A stretch of 64,000 nucleotides of DNA from Blepharisma stoltei ATCC 30299 (Eukaryota > Protista > Ciliophora): positions 62,001-126,000 of the forward strand of contig CBFDEM010000003.1 of the NCBI GenBank assembly GCA_965603825.1. Direction: 5' to 3'. This document shows positions 50,061-60,268 of the stretch, in pieces (the stretch's first letter is position 1; each line of letters starts with the position of its first letter). The translations under genes and the position numbers were made by a program. The notes beneath the pieces were generated by a model, which saw only the letters and a program-made list of their open reading frames with translations, had not been told where the DNA came from and made no database searches.

Positions 50061-50638
50061 AATTGATCTCCATTTTGAGACCACTAATAATAATTTAGAT
50101 GAAATTTAAATTTTATTATTCAAATAAATACACAAAAGGATTTGAATTTATTTAATTAGTATGAATGACTGTTTGGTAATTTTATTTGGATTTTTTATAT
50201 AAAAATAAGGAACAAAAATAAAGATATTTAATTGACTAAATTATGACATTTAGTATCTTTGACAAAAATAAGCTTTTGAATTTTTCAATAATATTCGAGC
50301 TATTTCTAAAAGAAATTTTATTTTTCAAAATAAATGTTTAGTAAAATTTTGCTAGCAAAAACCTTTATATAGTTAAACGTCACTGGCTTAGCTTTCAACA
50401 ATTTGAATGCATTAAAATAAATCTTGCTTTATTTACCAAAATTTCAACAAATCAGAGACCATATTATATTTCTAAATAAGATACCTTTAAAATACCCTAG
50501 GAACAATTCATACTTGCTAATTAGTATTGTTTAATATAGTCTTTAAAAAATCCTACAAATTCGTTCTCCTCCCCCTCTTCATTCACATCTTCTTTCTAAT
50601 AATTTAAAAATATCCGTTTATATAATTTCGCAGCCATT

Positions 50639-51064
50639 ATGAAAATTATTTTAGGTTTATTGATACTTTTGATTTCTTCAAATGCAAGTGAACAGTACTC
50701 ACATGATGAAAATGGGAACAGAATTTACCTTGAAATATCATCACAAACAAGAGGAGATTTTACAAAGTTAAAAAATTCAGAAAAAAATACACCCACTTTT
50801 ACCCAGCTAAGTAACGATGGATCTGGGGAAGATGATGATGGTATGGAAGACGATACGAAAGTTATAACCGTATTTTTACTTAATATACTTGCATGTGTTT
50901 TATGCTGTGGATTCCTTCAGCTAGTACTAATGCTGAGCAAAAGAATGAATAGTGAACTAAGTGATATGAGAAAAAATTATAAACAATATCAAGGTTTCCT
51001 AAGATTTAAAGAATTTCGGAGAGCTTGGGCAAAAGAAAATGAAGGAGAGAGCTCTGATAATTAA
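50639..51064 (+). CDS. Small single-pass type I membrane protein
   Basis: Signal peptide, acidic ectodomain, TM segment with Cys cluster (VITVFLLNILACVLCCGFLQLVLML), basic tail. Confidence 0.7.
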   Translation: MKIILGLLILLISSNASEQYSHDENGNRIYLEISSQTRGDFTKLKNSEKNTPTFTQLSNDGSGEDDDGMEDDTKVITVFLLNILACVLCCGFLQLVLMLSKRMNSELSDMRKNYKQYQGFLRFKEFRRAWAKENEGESSDN

Positions 51065-51480
51065 ATATTTCCTTTTAATATAATATAAACTTATTTTTTA
51101 TAAAAATTTGTATTTAGATACGGTCTTTTAAATTTTCTTAAACTTATTTAATTTTTATTTATTAGTCCACTTGCGGGCATTGATTTTTTCTATATTAATA
51201 TATATATTGATCTAAATCATATTCTTTCTTATTTGCTTTTTCCTTGATTTTTTTATAATAATTGAAACTATTTCATCTATAAGAGATCATATGGTAGCAG
51301 GTCCTTATAATATTCAGTTTATATTATTTTAATTTTCAAGTATTTTTTATCCATATTCAATTGCAATATCTGCTGAAACTTACTACTATTGCTAAATATA
51401 ATATTAAAAGATTAAAGGTAACGAAATTTGTATAATGAAAGCTTTCTTAATCATCTAAGCCTCTATATACATTTTGAGCA

Positions 51481-51552
51481 TCAGAAGTAGCACAATGGTT
51501 GTGCGTCAGACCTGCTCAGCTGAAGATCCAAGTTCAATTCTTGGCCTCTGAC
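51481..51552 (+). tRNA. tRNA-like Pol III gene with non-canonical 18-nt anticodon arm (identity undetermined; GCT if A51510 is bulged)
   Basis: Acceptor stem TCAGAAG/CCTCTGA (one A-C mismatch); T8 A9; D stem GCAC/GTGC with loop AATGGTT; anticodon stem TCAG/CTGA around ACCTGCTCAG; variable loop AGAT; T stem CCAAG/CTTGG with loop TTCAATT; A and B boxes intact; T5 tract at 51555-51559. Confidence 0.8.
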
Positions 51553-51554
51553 CC

Positions 51555-51559
51555 TTTTT
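51555..51559 (+). terminator. Pol III terminator (T5)
   Basis: TTTTT begins 3 nt after the discriminator base of the tRNA-like gene. Confidence 0.6.
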
Positions 51560-51628
51560 AGAATGCCTTCACATTTTTCTATCTCTGTCATCATAAATCA
51601 ATCAATTCTATCCTTTTTGTAAAAATAA

Positions 51629-53707
51629 ATGTTGGGAGACAGCTTTATTCTATTGCAACTCTTTTTATTGGCCAGCTTGTTACTCTCACTGATATTTTTT
51701 TTCTTTTATATGCTCTCATATATAGTTACAGGGCCTGGATCATTCACTCTTTTTATTATTCTCATATGCTATCTACTTCACAGTATAATTGAAGGTCTAG
51801 TATTCCCAGGCTCCATAACTTTATGTCGAAGAGCTTCTGAAATCGGCATTTCTAAGCGATTTGCATCAGAGCTTAAAACAACTATCAATGATTTAGAAGC
51901 AATTTTAGTTAATTTACAAAAAGTTAAAGAAAGCTATGAAGATCAACAATTAAAACATTTTAATTTGAGTTTTTCCAAAAAAAGCTTTTTATCAGTGATG
52001 AAACACCTTAATGAGCTTCAAAAACAAGGACTAATTTCTCCTAATCAAGACCGTCTCCTAACTTTATTAGTTCAGCTTGAAGAGTGCTTAAAAGGAATAA
52101 AAATTGATGCAGGGAAAAATGTGGAAAGCTTATGGGATTTATTAGATAAAATTCACAAAAAGAAAATCCAGACAAGCTTAGAGAGTTTACAAATCCCTTT
52201 GAAGCTATGTAAAGAACTTAATACATTTATATATCAGTCTTATGGAAAAACCAACTGTTTGCAAAAAGCAAAAAGATGGATGACAGACCCTTTGCTAGGG
52301 AATCTGAATTATATGAGAGTAATTTTATCGAGCCAACTCAATGGAGAACAAATATGGATTCAAGGTCATGATGGAATGCGAATTGATTGGTAATTTTTAT
52401 TAAGCATGCTTTTTCCAAGCCATTGAAACCCAAATGGGCCTACAATGCTTTTCTGTAATCCAAATGTCGGTTTTTACGAATTAATGCATTTTCAGACAGA
52501 ATGGCTTGAATTTTACCTTGCATTAGGTATCAATGTATTCGCGTGGAATTACAGAGGCTACGGACGATCTCAAGGCCGCTCAGAAATTCCAAACTTTAAA
52601 AAAGATGGAGAAATGATCGTCAACTATTTAAGAAACACCCGACAAGTCAACAAATTAGGAGTCCATGGGTTATCACTAGGTGGCTGTGTAGCTACTCATT
52701 TAGCAAGAAACTGCGATTTAGACTTTTTATTTGCGGACAGAACATTCTCGACCTTAGGAGATGCCACCAGATATAATTTCGGACAATTCGCATTTTATCC
52801 TTTTCAAATTCTTGGGCCGGTAGACACAGATTCAGCTGGAGATTATATTTCTTCACATTGTTATAAAGTCCTTGCAGCTGATCCTAGAGATGATATGATT
52901 GATGATTTGGCTTCTTTAAAATCAGGAATTGCTATACAATTATTTACGAAACAAAGCGCAATTCCTTATATTGACCCTGCTTTATTTGAGAAAAAATCAT
53001 TTATTTTGAACATTGAGGATCTAGATCGAGCAGTTGAAGTATTGAAAAGATTAGGAAACTTAATAAAAGGCATGATAAGAGCTATGCAAAGTCAACCAAA
53101 CTCAGAAGCAACCCCTGAAAGCGCAATAAAAGCGATTAAAAAACAAAAGGTTTATAAATGTGGAAATGAAAGCCTTGATGACTATGAAAAAATTGCTGAA
53201 ATAGTTGTTGACGTCCATAATGTTTTAGCTCATTTAGATGCTGGAGGCAAATCTTTGAGTATAATTTTAAGCTCAAAATACATAAGGCTCAATTTTATTG
53301 CGTGGCTGCTTGTAATTGATATATGAGGAAGTGATTGTAATGAATATACTGAAAATCTGGATTTAGGTAAAGTAAAGTCGCTGGAGCTTATGAAATATTG
53401 TATTGAATGCTTAAAAAATCTAATTTCACAGAATAAAATCTGCCCATGTACGCTCATGCAGGCTATTATTGCTGACCTCCATATTTTGACTGACACTTTA
53501 GCAAAAATACACAACAAACTAGAAGAAGGCGAAAACAGCACAGAAGCCAACGAGTCCTTAAGCAGCTTCGACAGCTTCAAAGAAAGCATCGACTACTCCT
53601 CCGCTGGATATCTAATTCCATTAAAAAATGGGCATAATGGAATCCTTTCCTCTATAGAAAGACATATTTACGAGAGACACTTAGCAAGAGCCCATTTTAT
53701 TAGTTAA
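51629..53707 (+). CDS. Membrane-anchored alpha/beta hydrolase (ABHD16/ABHD13-like), paralog B; 687 aa; intron 52390-52404
   Basis: CNPNVGFYE, WNYRGYG, HGLSLGG, ADRTFS, C-terminal GHNG; splicing restores IDC as in paralog A. Confidence 0.88.
52390..52404 (+). other. 15-nt intron GTAATTTTTATTAAG
   Basis: Removal gives IDCML, matching IDCLW in the intronless paralog. Confidence 0.9.
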
Positions 53708-55238
53708 CTCTTGTATTCACATCTTCCTCTAATTTCGCATCTAAATTCTCGTCTTTGTTTTGGTTTTCCATTATTATTGCTAAAAGTTCAAGAGAGGTAT
53801 GTAGATAAGTTTTTTCTTTTCCATTGATTTCGTGCTTTGTTATGAGATTTTTGATGGAGTCAAAAAGAAATGAAGCTCCTTCGGTCTCAATTTTTATGAT
53901 TTCTTGGATTTTTTCTTTGTAGTCGTTGAGGTCATATTTTGGAAGCAAACTTTTTACCTCAGAAATTTCGGATTTAAGGGATTTAAATAGGTAGAGATAT
54001 CCACAATAATTAAGGATATTTTCTACTAGGGTTTTTATATTTCCTTGAGATTCCTCAACTTTTTCTTTTAAAATTTTGGTCAAAATCCCGATTTCTAAAA
54101 ATCTGCAAATACACTGTGTAATTTTCCTATATAATTTAGCACTGATATCTTTTAATGTAAGCTTTATAGGGATAAAAATATGCTGAGTGGCGTCTTGTAT
54201 TTTTCGATAAAATTTGCTTAAATTCCTTGAAAAATCCTGAGCATTAAAATTCAAATGGCTGTTTATTTCTTCAATTTTAAGGTCGATTATATTATTTGTC
54301 AACAATTTCACAATATTTTTTGGGACAAAACCATTGTTTCCTTCAATATTTAAGCATCTGTATCATTGATGATCTGTGGTTCCGCCTCTTATTTCAATAG
54401 CCTCCCCTGCTTTTAGATTAATTTCATCTGGAAACACAGAAGAAAAGTCAAATAAAGCTTCAGCATTTGGTACAAAAAAATATTTTCTGTTAAATTTAAA
54501 TAAATTTGGTCTCGTAATATGTCTTTTTTCTAGCGAAATTTGAGAAAAACCTATAACTTTTGGATATGTGTCCCTATCTTCAGTTATCTCAATATATTTT
54601 TCTGTGTTTTCTTTCAGCCCTTCCAGATCTTCGTGCAAATTATCAGAAAAATTTTCAATGCACCCTATCATTTCTGCAATTGGTCCTAACAATTCGTCTT
54701 GTGTTGACTCTTTTGCATCATTGCTGGCTTTTTCAAAATCTTTATCTTTATTGATAAAATTATTCCAAACGCCTCCTTTAATTTCTTCCATTTCTTGGAT
54801 TCTATGGTCTTGTGTCAATTTAGACTGCTCTACAAGAATTTTTTCATAAAGCTGCTTAAAATGCTCTCTTTCGTCCCAGGCAGCTTTTGCTCTTTGTGCC
54901 TTGACGTTTCATTCTTGGACTCTTATGGCTAAATCTTCGAGTTTTGTCGTCAGTCTTAAACTTTCTCATGGGTCTCTTTTTAGGAATTTTGATGAAAAAT
55001 CTATCATAAAATTAGGAAGTGATATTTCTTTCGATAATCCTTGTAAGGCAATTGATGTGTCGTAAAGAGAATTAATAAACTCTGATTAAACTGTACTAGT
55101 TACTGCTTGCGAAAGTTTCATGATTTCTACAGCTACAGATTGAGAACTTGATGAGCAATTTACAATTCAATTGGTAAGCTGCTCTTCAGTTTCTTTTTCT
55201 GGGCTGGAGTCTGGAGACTCTGAAACTTCATCTTGCAT
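53700..55238 (-). CDS. SH3-domain protein flanked by helical (BAR-like) regions; 507 aa; intron 55082-55096
   Basis: SH3: AEALFDF...EINLKAGEAI...W(TGA 54363)Y...GFVPKNIV; ATG 55238 is in frame after a 15-nt intron. Confidence 0.75.
55082..55096 (-). other. 15-nt intron GTACAGTTTAATCAG
   Basis: Fits the consensus on the minus strand; removes an in-frame TAA. Confidence 0.75.
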
Positions 55239-55273
55239 ATTTTATCAAATTATTGAAGTAATCATTTCTTGAA

Positions 55274-55912
55274 ATGGAGGAAGAGCTTCTCTTTAGAGTT
55301 ATCATTGTCGGTGATAGTGGGGTGGGGAAATCTTGCTTATTACTAAGGTTTAGCGAAAATACATTCAATGAGCAGCATACTGTTACTATTGGTGTTGAAT
55401 TTGGCACAAAACTGGTGAAAATAAATAATCAACAAGTGAAACTCCAAATATGAGACACTGCTGGCCAAGAAAGTTTTAGGAGTATCACAAGAAGCTTTTA
55501 CCGACGAGCTGATGGAGTTTTGCTCGTCTATGATGTGAATTCCAAAGAAAGCTTTGAAGGGCTGAGCTATTGGCTTGGAGAAATTCGGCAACACGCAACA
55601 AGTGACATTGTTATATTTCTAGTAGGAAACCAAGTAGACCTCACAGAGTCGGAAAATTCAAGAGAAGTCTCACAAGATGATGCAAATGCTTATAAAAATT
55701 TCCATAATTTGTGTGGATTTAAAGAAACTTCAGCGCTGAGTGGGTTTAATGTGAATGAAACTTTTCATGAGTTCACCAATATTCTCTATGAGAGATGAAA
55801 CGAAAAAGTTGATAAAGACCCGATGGAGGTGCCTAGCCTTGACCTTAAGACTAAACCATTAACAAATAAGAAAAATTGCTGCTATTTTTGTAATATAAAA
55901 AAGATATTATAA
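55274..55912 (+). CDS. Rab GTPase (Rab2-like); 212 aa
   Basis: GDSGVGKS, TIGVEFG, QIW(TGA 55451)DTAGQESFRSITRSFYR, GNQVD, ETSA; tail KKNCCYFCNIKKIL. Confidence 0.92.
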
Positions 55913-56082
55913 TCTCATTTATATCAATAGTATGATAATAAAGCATAGAAAAGCAATGAATTTTTAACAATTTTAAGGACTTTTTTATTTTTAGGAAATA
56001 TATTAGACAATTTAACTGATTTTTCGTATGAAATTATTTTCATCAAGATTTATTGTATACATCCTTATATAATTAAATTAAA

Positions 56083-57717
56083 ATGACAACTCAAATCAAA
56101 GAACTTTTCCTTTCCAAAAACTTCCAAATTCTTGCATTAACCCAATACTGCAATTTATTATTTGAATACTCCCCTGGCTCAATCCCTTTATTAAGTGATC
56201 AAAAGCTTAAATTATTCCCAACCTGTGTGACATTTACAGGAACTAAAAGATTTCAATTTCAAACTTTATGAATGAATAGCAACATCGTAATACCTATTTA
56301 GGCCTCAGTAATCCACAATAAATACGTGATTTGGGTATTTATATGTAAAAACGAATACTCTGAGGCAATAGAAAATAATCGTTTATTTTTGCTTTCTTTA
56401 TTTGTGAAATTTCTAAGCATAAGACCTCATTATCTTCAAAAAATATTAAATGCTGAAAAAGTGAAATCGTCAAGGCAGCATAGTGATTTTTTGCTGCAAG
56501 ATGTAACAACTGATCGACCTCCAAGCTATACTGAAAGTTTTTCTTCATATAAAACATTTTTAGAAGAAGAAGCAGAAAATTGGCTTATTGAATATTTGGT
56601 AGAGATGAATAATTTCGAAGGATTTGTGATGGACATGAAAGGGTATCTCCTTTATGGCACAGTGCCAGGAGAAGAAGATTTAAAACTCCAAATTCTTGGC
56701 TACGGAAAAAAGCTTAACGCTGAGTATAAAAGTGATTTTTCAGTAAGAAAATAATTAGAGAATGCTAAATTAGAAATTAATTTAGTAAACCACAAGCTTT
56801 CTATGATAATAGGCCTATCTCCAGTGCTAAAAGGGCTTATTATAGCTTCCTACGAGTCCACAAGCTACTCAGACTCTAGCTTTAGAACCGTCCACAACTT
56901 AAATTTAATCTGAAGTACCCTTCAATTAGGCTCTGAATTTCCTCATCCAGCCCAAACTCCTCATCACCTATATAATTTTGTCCTGCATCTTTCTAACGCT
57001 TTAGAAAAATGGCTATATCATACTGTATGTGAAGACCAAGAATTTCGATATAAATACTCTACAATGATTATCCCTTTTTCCCATTCTAATAAAGAACTAG
57101 TCCCAGAACTCGCTACAAAAATAGCATTTACGAATGAAGAGCCTGAGTCTGAAGACGAAACTGACATAAAGCCTGACATCAGTGCTATTGAAAGAATAAA
57201 TGACCCCGATGCAGAGAAATCTGACCTTTTGCAGATGTCCCAAGAATTTTCAACTTTTATTAATAAAGCAGATACTATAGATTTAGATGGCCTAATGCCT
57301 AAAGTTTCACTAGAAAATACCCAAGACCAGCTATTTGTGTTTAATAACTATATAGAAGATGAAAATAAAGAATCTATCTCAGACGAGGAAACTGACAAAG
57401 TTATGCTTCCACCTATAGATGAAAGGTCCACAATTTTTAAAAGCAAGCAGAAAGTAGTCAGTCGTAGGGCCTCTGAGTCAGTTCTTCAACAAAGCCCTTT
57501 TGCTTTGTTTCACCGTTTGTCTTTGCAGGAAAGCTTGGCAAATAGAGATAGGTACAATGTGTCGAAATCGACTCAACATTTTGGACGGTCTGATTTATTG
57601 AATAGAGAAGAATTGGTTGACCTTGGGGTAGATATTTTTAATGATGCGTATGAGATGATTGAAAATTATGCTGAGTTGAACCATAGACCAAGAAGAGAGT
57701 CCAAAGAGAACCAATAA
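56083..57717 (+). CDS. Hypothetical protein (about 533 aa); intron 56287-56301 and an ambiguous intron at 56743-56758/56760
   Basis: ORFs 56083, 56326 and 57064 share one frame; the only TAA/TAG interruptions fall inside GTA...AG tiny-intron candidates. Confidence 0.6.
56287..56301 (+). other. 15-nt intron GTAATACCTATTTAG
   Basis: Fits the consensus; removes an in-frame TAG. Confidence 0.8.
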
Positions 57718-57745
57718 GGGATTATTAATTTTACTTGATTTTAAA

Positions 57746-58078
57746 TTACTTAGAAGTAGGCTTTTCTGCTTTCGTTTTCTCAAATTCTTGATAAAGAGCA
57801 TCAAAATTTGAGGTACGAGACAGCTTGATAATTACCTTGTAAACTCTTTTAGGTCTCCCTTCAAAATCTTTTTCATCAAGACTGAGTGTTTCAAAGCGTT
57901 CCAACGTTGCATATCCCAAAGCAATCAAGCTGTCAGCAGCTCTCACAGCGTTGCTCACTGATTCTCCAATAGCATGAAATGCGACTTCTGGGTTTTTCTT
58001 TAAAGCTTCTTTTCCTTCATAAATGTATCTGCTATGCTTTGGGCGAGAGCTGACTTTCAAAACTCCGTCAGATTCCAT
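57746..58078 (-). CDS. Alba-domain nucleic-acid-binding protein
   Basis: LKVSS..YI....L....EVAFHAIGESVSNAVRAADSL...KVIIKLSRTSNFD, the pattern of eukaryotic Alba proteins. Confidence 0.8.
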   Translation of the reverse strand: MESDGVLKVSSRPKHSRYIYEGKEALKKNPEVAFHAIGESVSNAVRAADSLIALGYATLERFETLSLDEKDFEGRPKRVYKVIIKLSRTSNFDALYQEFEKTKAEKPTSK

Positions 58079-58102
58079 TTCTTATGGTAATTATTATGAC
58101 TA

Positions 58103-58909
58103 TTAATAGCATTTATATTTCTCAGCATTTCTTCTACGGCTACAAAAAATATCCCTAGGAAATTTTGATTTTTTTGGCATCCAATTTTCGCCTGGTTTAA
58201 ATGTGACGAGTTTTGATGAGTCTATGTTACAGTTTTCATTAGGAACTTGAGGCTTCTCAAAGCAAGGTGTGCAAGCTTGGCGGCGATTTATTAAAGGGGG
58301 CATGTTTAGGTCATTGTTAATTTGGCTTAATGGTCTAGCAAACACAGGCTTATTTTGAAGCTTGGATAAGATGCCTTCTTGGCTTTCAAGCTTTGCCTTA
58401 AGCTCTTGCTGCTGATTTAAAAGGTGTCCAAAAACGTAGTTCAGTGAAGTTATATTGGAAATATAAGGGATTTTTACGTCCATATCAAGACTTCGGGAAG
58501 CCCGTTTTCTTTTTGTTTTCCTGAGACTGAATAATTGCTCATTTTTTGAGGCAATCTCAAAATTATAACGATAGCCGCTAGGAGTTATACTTTCTTGGCT
58601 TCATACATTTCTTTTGACGTTAGAGTTTTCTAACGACTCATCGATAGTTTTATTAATTGGTGTTTCAAATGAGTGCAAAATCTCATCAGGTGTATAAGTG
58701 AGGTCTGAAGGATTATTTAGTGAGAGTCGCCTTTGGTGACTTTTGTAGGAGGGTTTGTAACTGATTTTTAAGTGATGGCTTCCCTTAGATTGAAAAGTTT
58801 GGTTTACATGGGAATATTGGTCATCTGGCAACCGGTTTTCTGAGAATGAGCAGAGCTTGGCAGGCGTTTGAGGAGTTGGCTTGGTAAACCAAGAATCCTT
58901 GTTTAACAT
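58103..58909 (-). CDS. Hypothetical protein; 268 aa
   Basis: Two ORFs in one frame joined by TGA at 58601. Confidence 0.65.
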
Positions 58910-59212
58910 TTTTCTTAAAAATTGACTTTATAAAATTTAAAATATCGATAAATGGAATTATAGAAGAGATAAAATAACGAAATTTAATATGAAAATAAAT
59001 AATTAAAAATTATAAAATAAGATTTTATTGAAGATTTTACTTAATAATAACTAATTTATGGATCGTTAATATTTTTCTCTAAATGATAATTTTAAGGTAT
59101 ATTTATTTAGAAATAGAAACTTATTTAATCAGCTAAAATCATGGCTCAATATAATAGCTTATTAAATTATTAACTTTTACTTTTAGTTATGGCTTATTTA
59201 ATATAAGCAGTT

Positions 59213-60220
59213 ATGAGCAAAGATTATTATTCCATACTAAAGCTGGATCACAAAGCTACAGATGCAGATATATGTAAAGCATATCGCCATTTAGCTATTT
59301 CATGGCATCCAACAAACCATCCAAAAGACTACGTCCCAGCTTTAAACCGCTTTCATCTCCTTGCAGAAGCATATGAAGTTTTAAGTGACCCTGTAAAAAG
59401 AAGCATATATGATCAGTCCGGAGAATTTGGCTTAAAAGAAGGCATCAATGAAGGGAATGGGAGCTTTTCAGGCGGCTATTGCTATACTGGAAATGCATAT
59501 AAAATTTTTGAAAACTTTTTTGGGACTATTAATCCTCTTTTTGAAGCATATGGGGAAAATACAAATATTTTGAACTTATGCAATATCAGTCTTAAAGAAG
59601 ATCAGACTTCTGAAGAGCCACCTAAAGACCTTATCGTCGAAATTCCCTGCACCTTAACTGAATTATACCTAGGCTGCCAAAAAAAGATTGACTATGAAAA
59701 ATTGATTCTAGCTGAAGACAGTACTATTAGATCAATAAAGGAATCAAAGACAATAGAAATCAAAAAAGGCTACTCAAAAGACACAAAAATAATATTTTAT
59801 GGAAAAGGAAATGAAGCAGCCATGTTCCCCAGTAGTAATTTAATTTTCCAGATAGTGGAGCTTCCTGACCAAAATTTCAAAAGAATTGGAAATGATTTGG
59901 TTTATTCTGTTCAAATTTCACTGATAAATGCAATATTAGCTGAACCTGTTCATATTGTAAGCTATATATAGACCACTTTGGATAAAAGAATTATTACAGT
60001 TTCGCCTGATGAAGTAATAGGGACTAAAAGCAGAAAATTAATCGAAAATGAAGGAATGCCGATTTTTAAGGAGATTGAGCAAGGGAATGAGCCAAAAAAG
60101 TTCGGATTAGACAAAAGATCAGTAGAAAAGGGAAACTTGATTGTGAAGTTTACAGTAAATTATCCGAAATATATCCCTGAAAGCAGTAAGCAGGCTTTAT
60201 GCAAACTACTTATAAGCTAA
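59213..60220 (+). CDS. Type II DnaJ/Hsp40, DNAJB13 (radial spoke RSP16)-like; 330 aa; intron 59957-59971
   Basis: J domain with HPT instead of HPD, AEAYEVLSDP, IFENFFGTINP, C-terminal substrate domain; splicing restores ITTLD. Confidence 0.85.
59957..59971 (+). other. 15-nt intron GTAAGCTATATATAG
   Basis: Removal restores the conserved DnaJ C-terminal I-x-T-L-D motif. Confidence 0.9.
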
Positions 60221-60268
60221 AAATAAAAATTTGGTCTTCAATTGCTTCATAAATAGCTAGATTTATAA

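Noticed and set aside
51481-51552. Calling it a standard tRNA-Ser(GCT), tRNA-Ala(TGC) or tRNA-Sec/Trp(TCA)
   Set aside because: No long variable arm (Ser, Sec), no G3:U70 pair (Ala), and TCA is not at positions 34-36 in any canonical fold; left undetermined.
55890-55903. 14-nt intron GTAATATAAAAAAG in the Rab tail
   Set aside because: Shorter than the other introns, and removal does not create a terminal prenylation motif.
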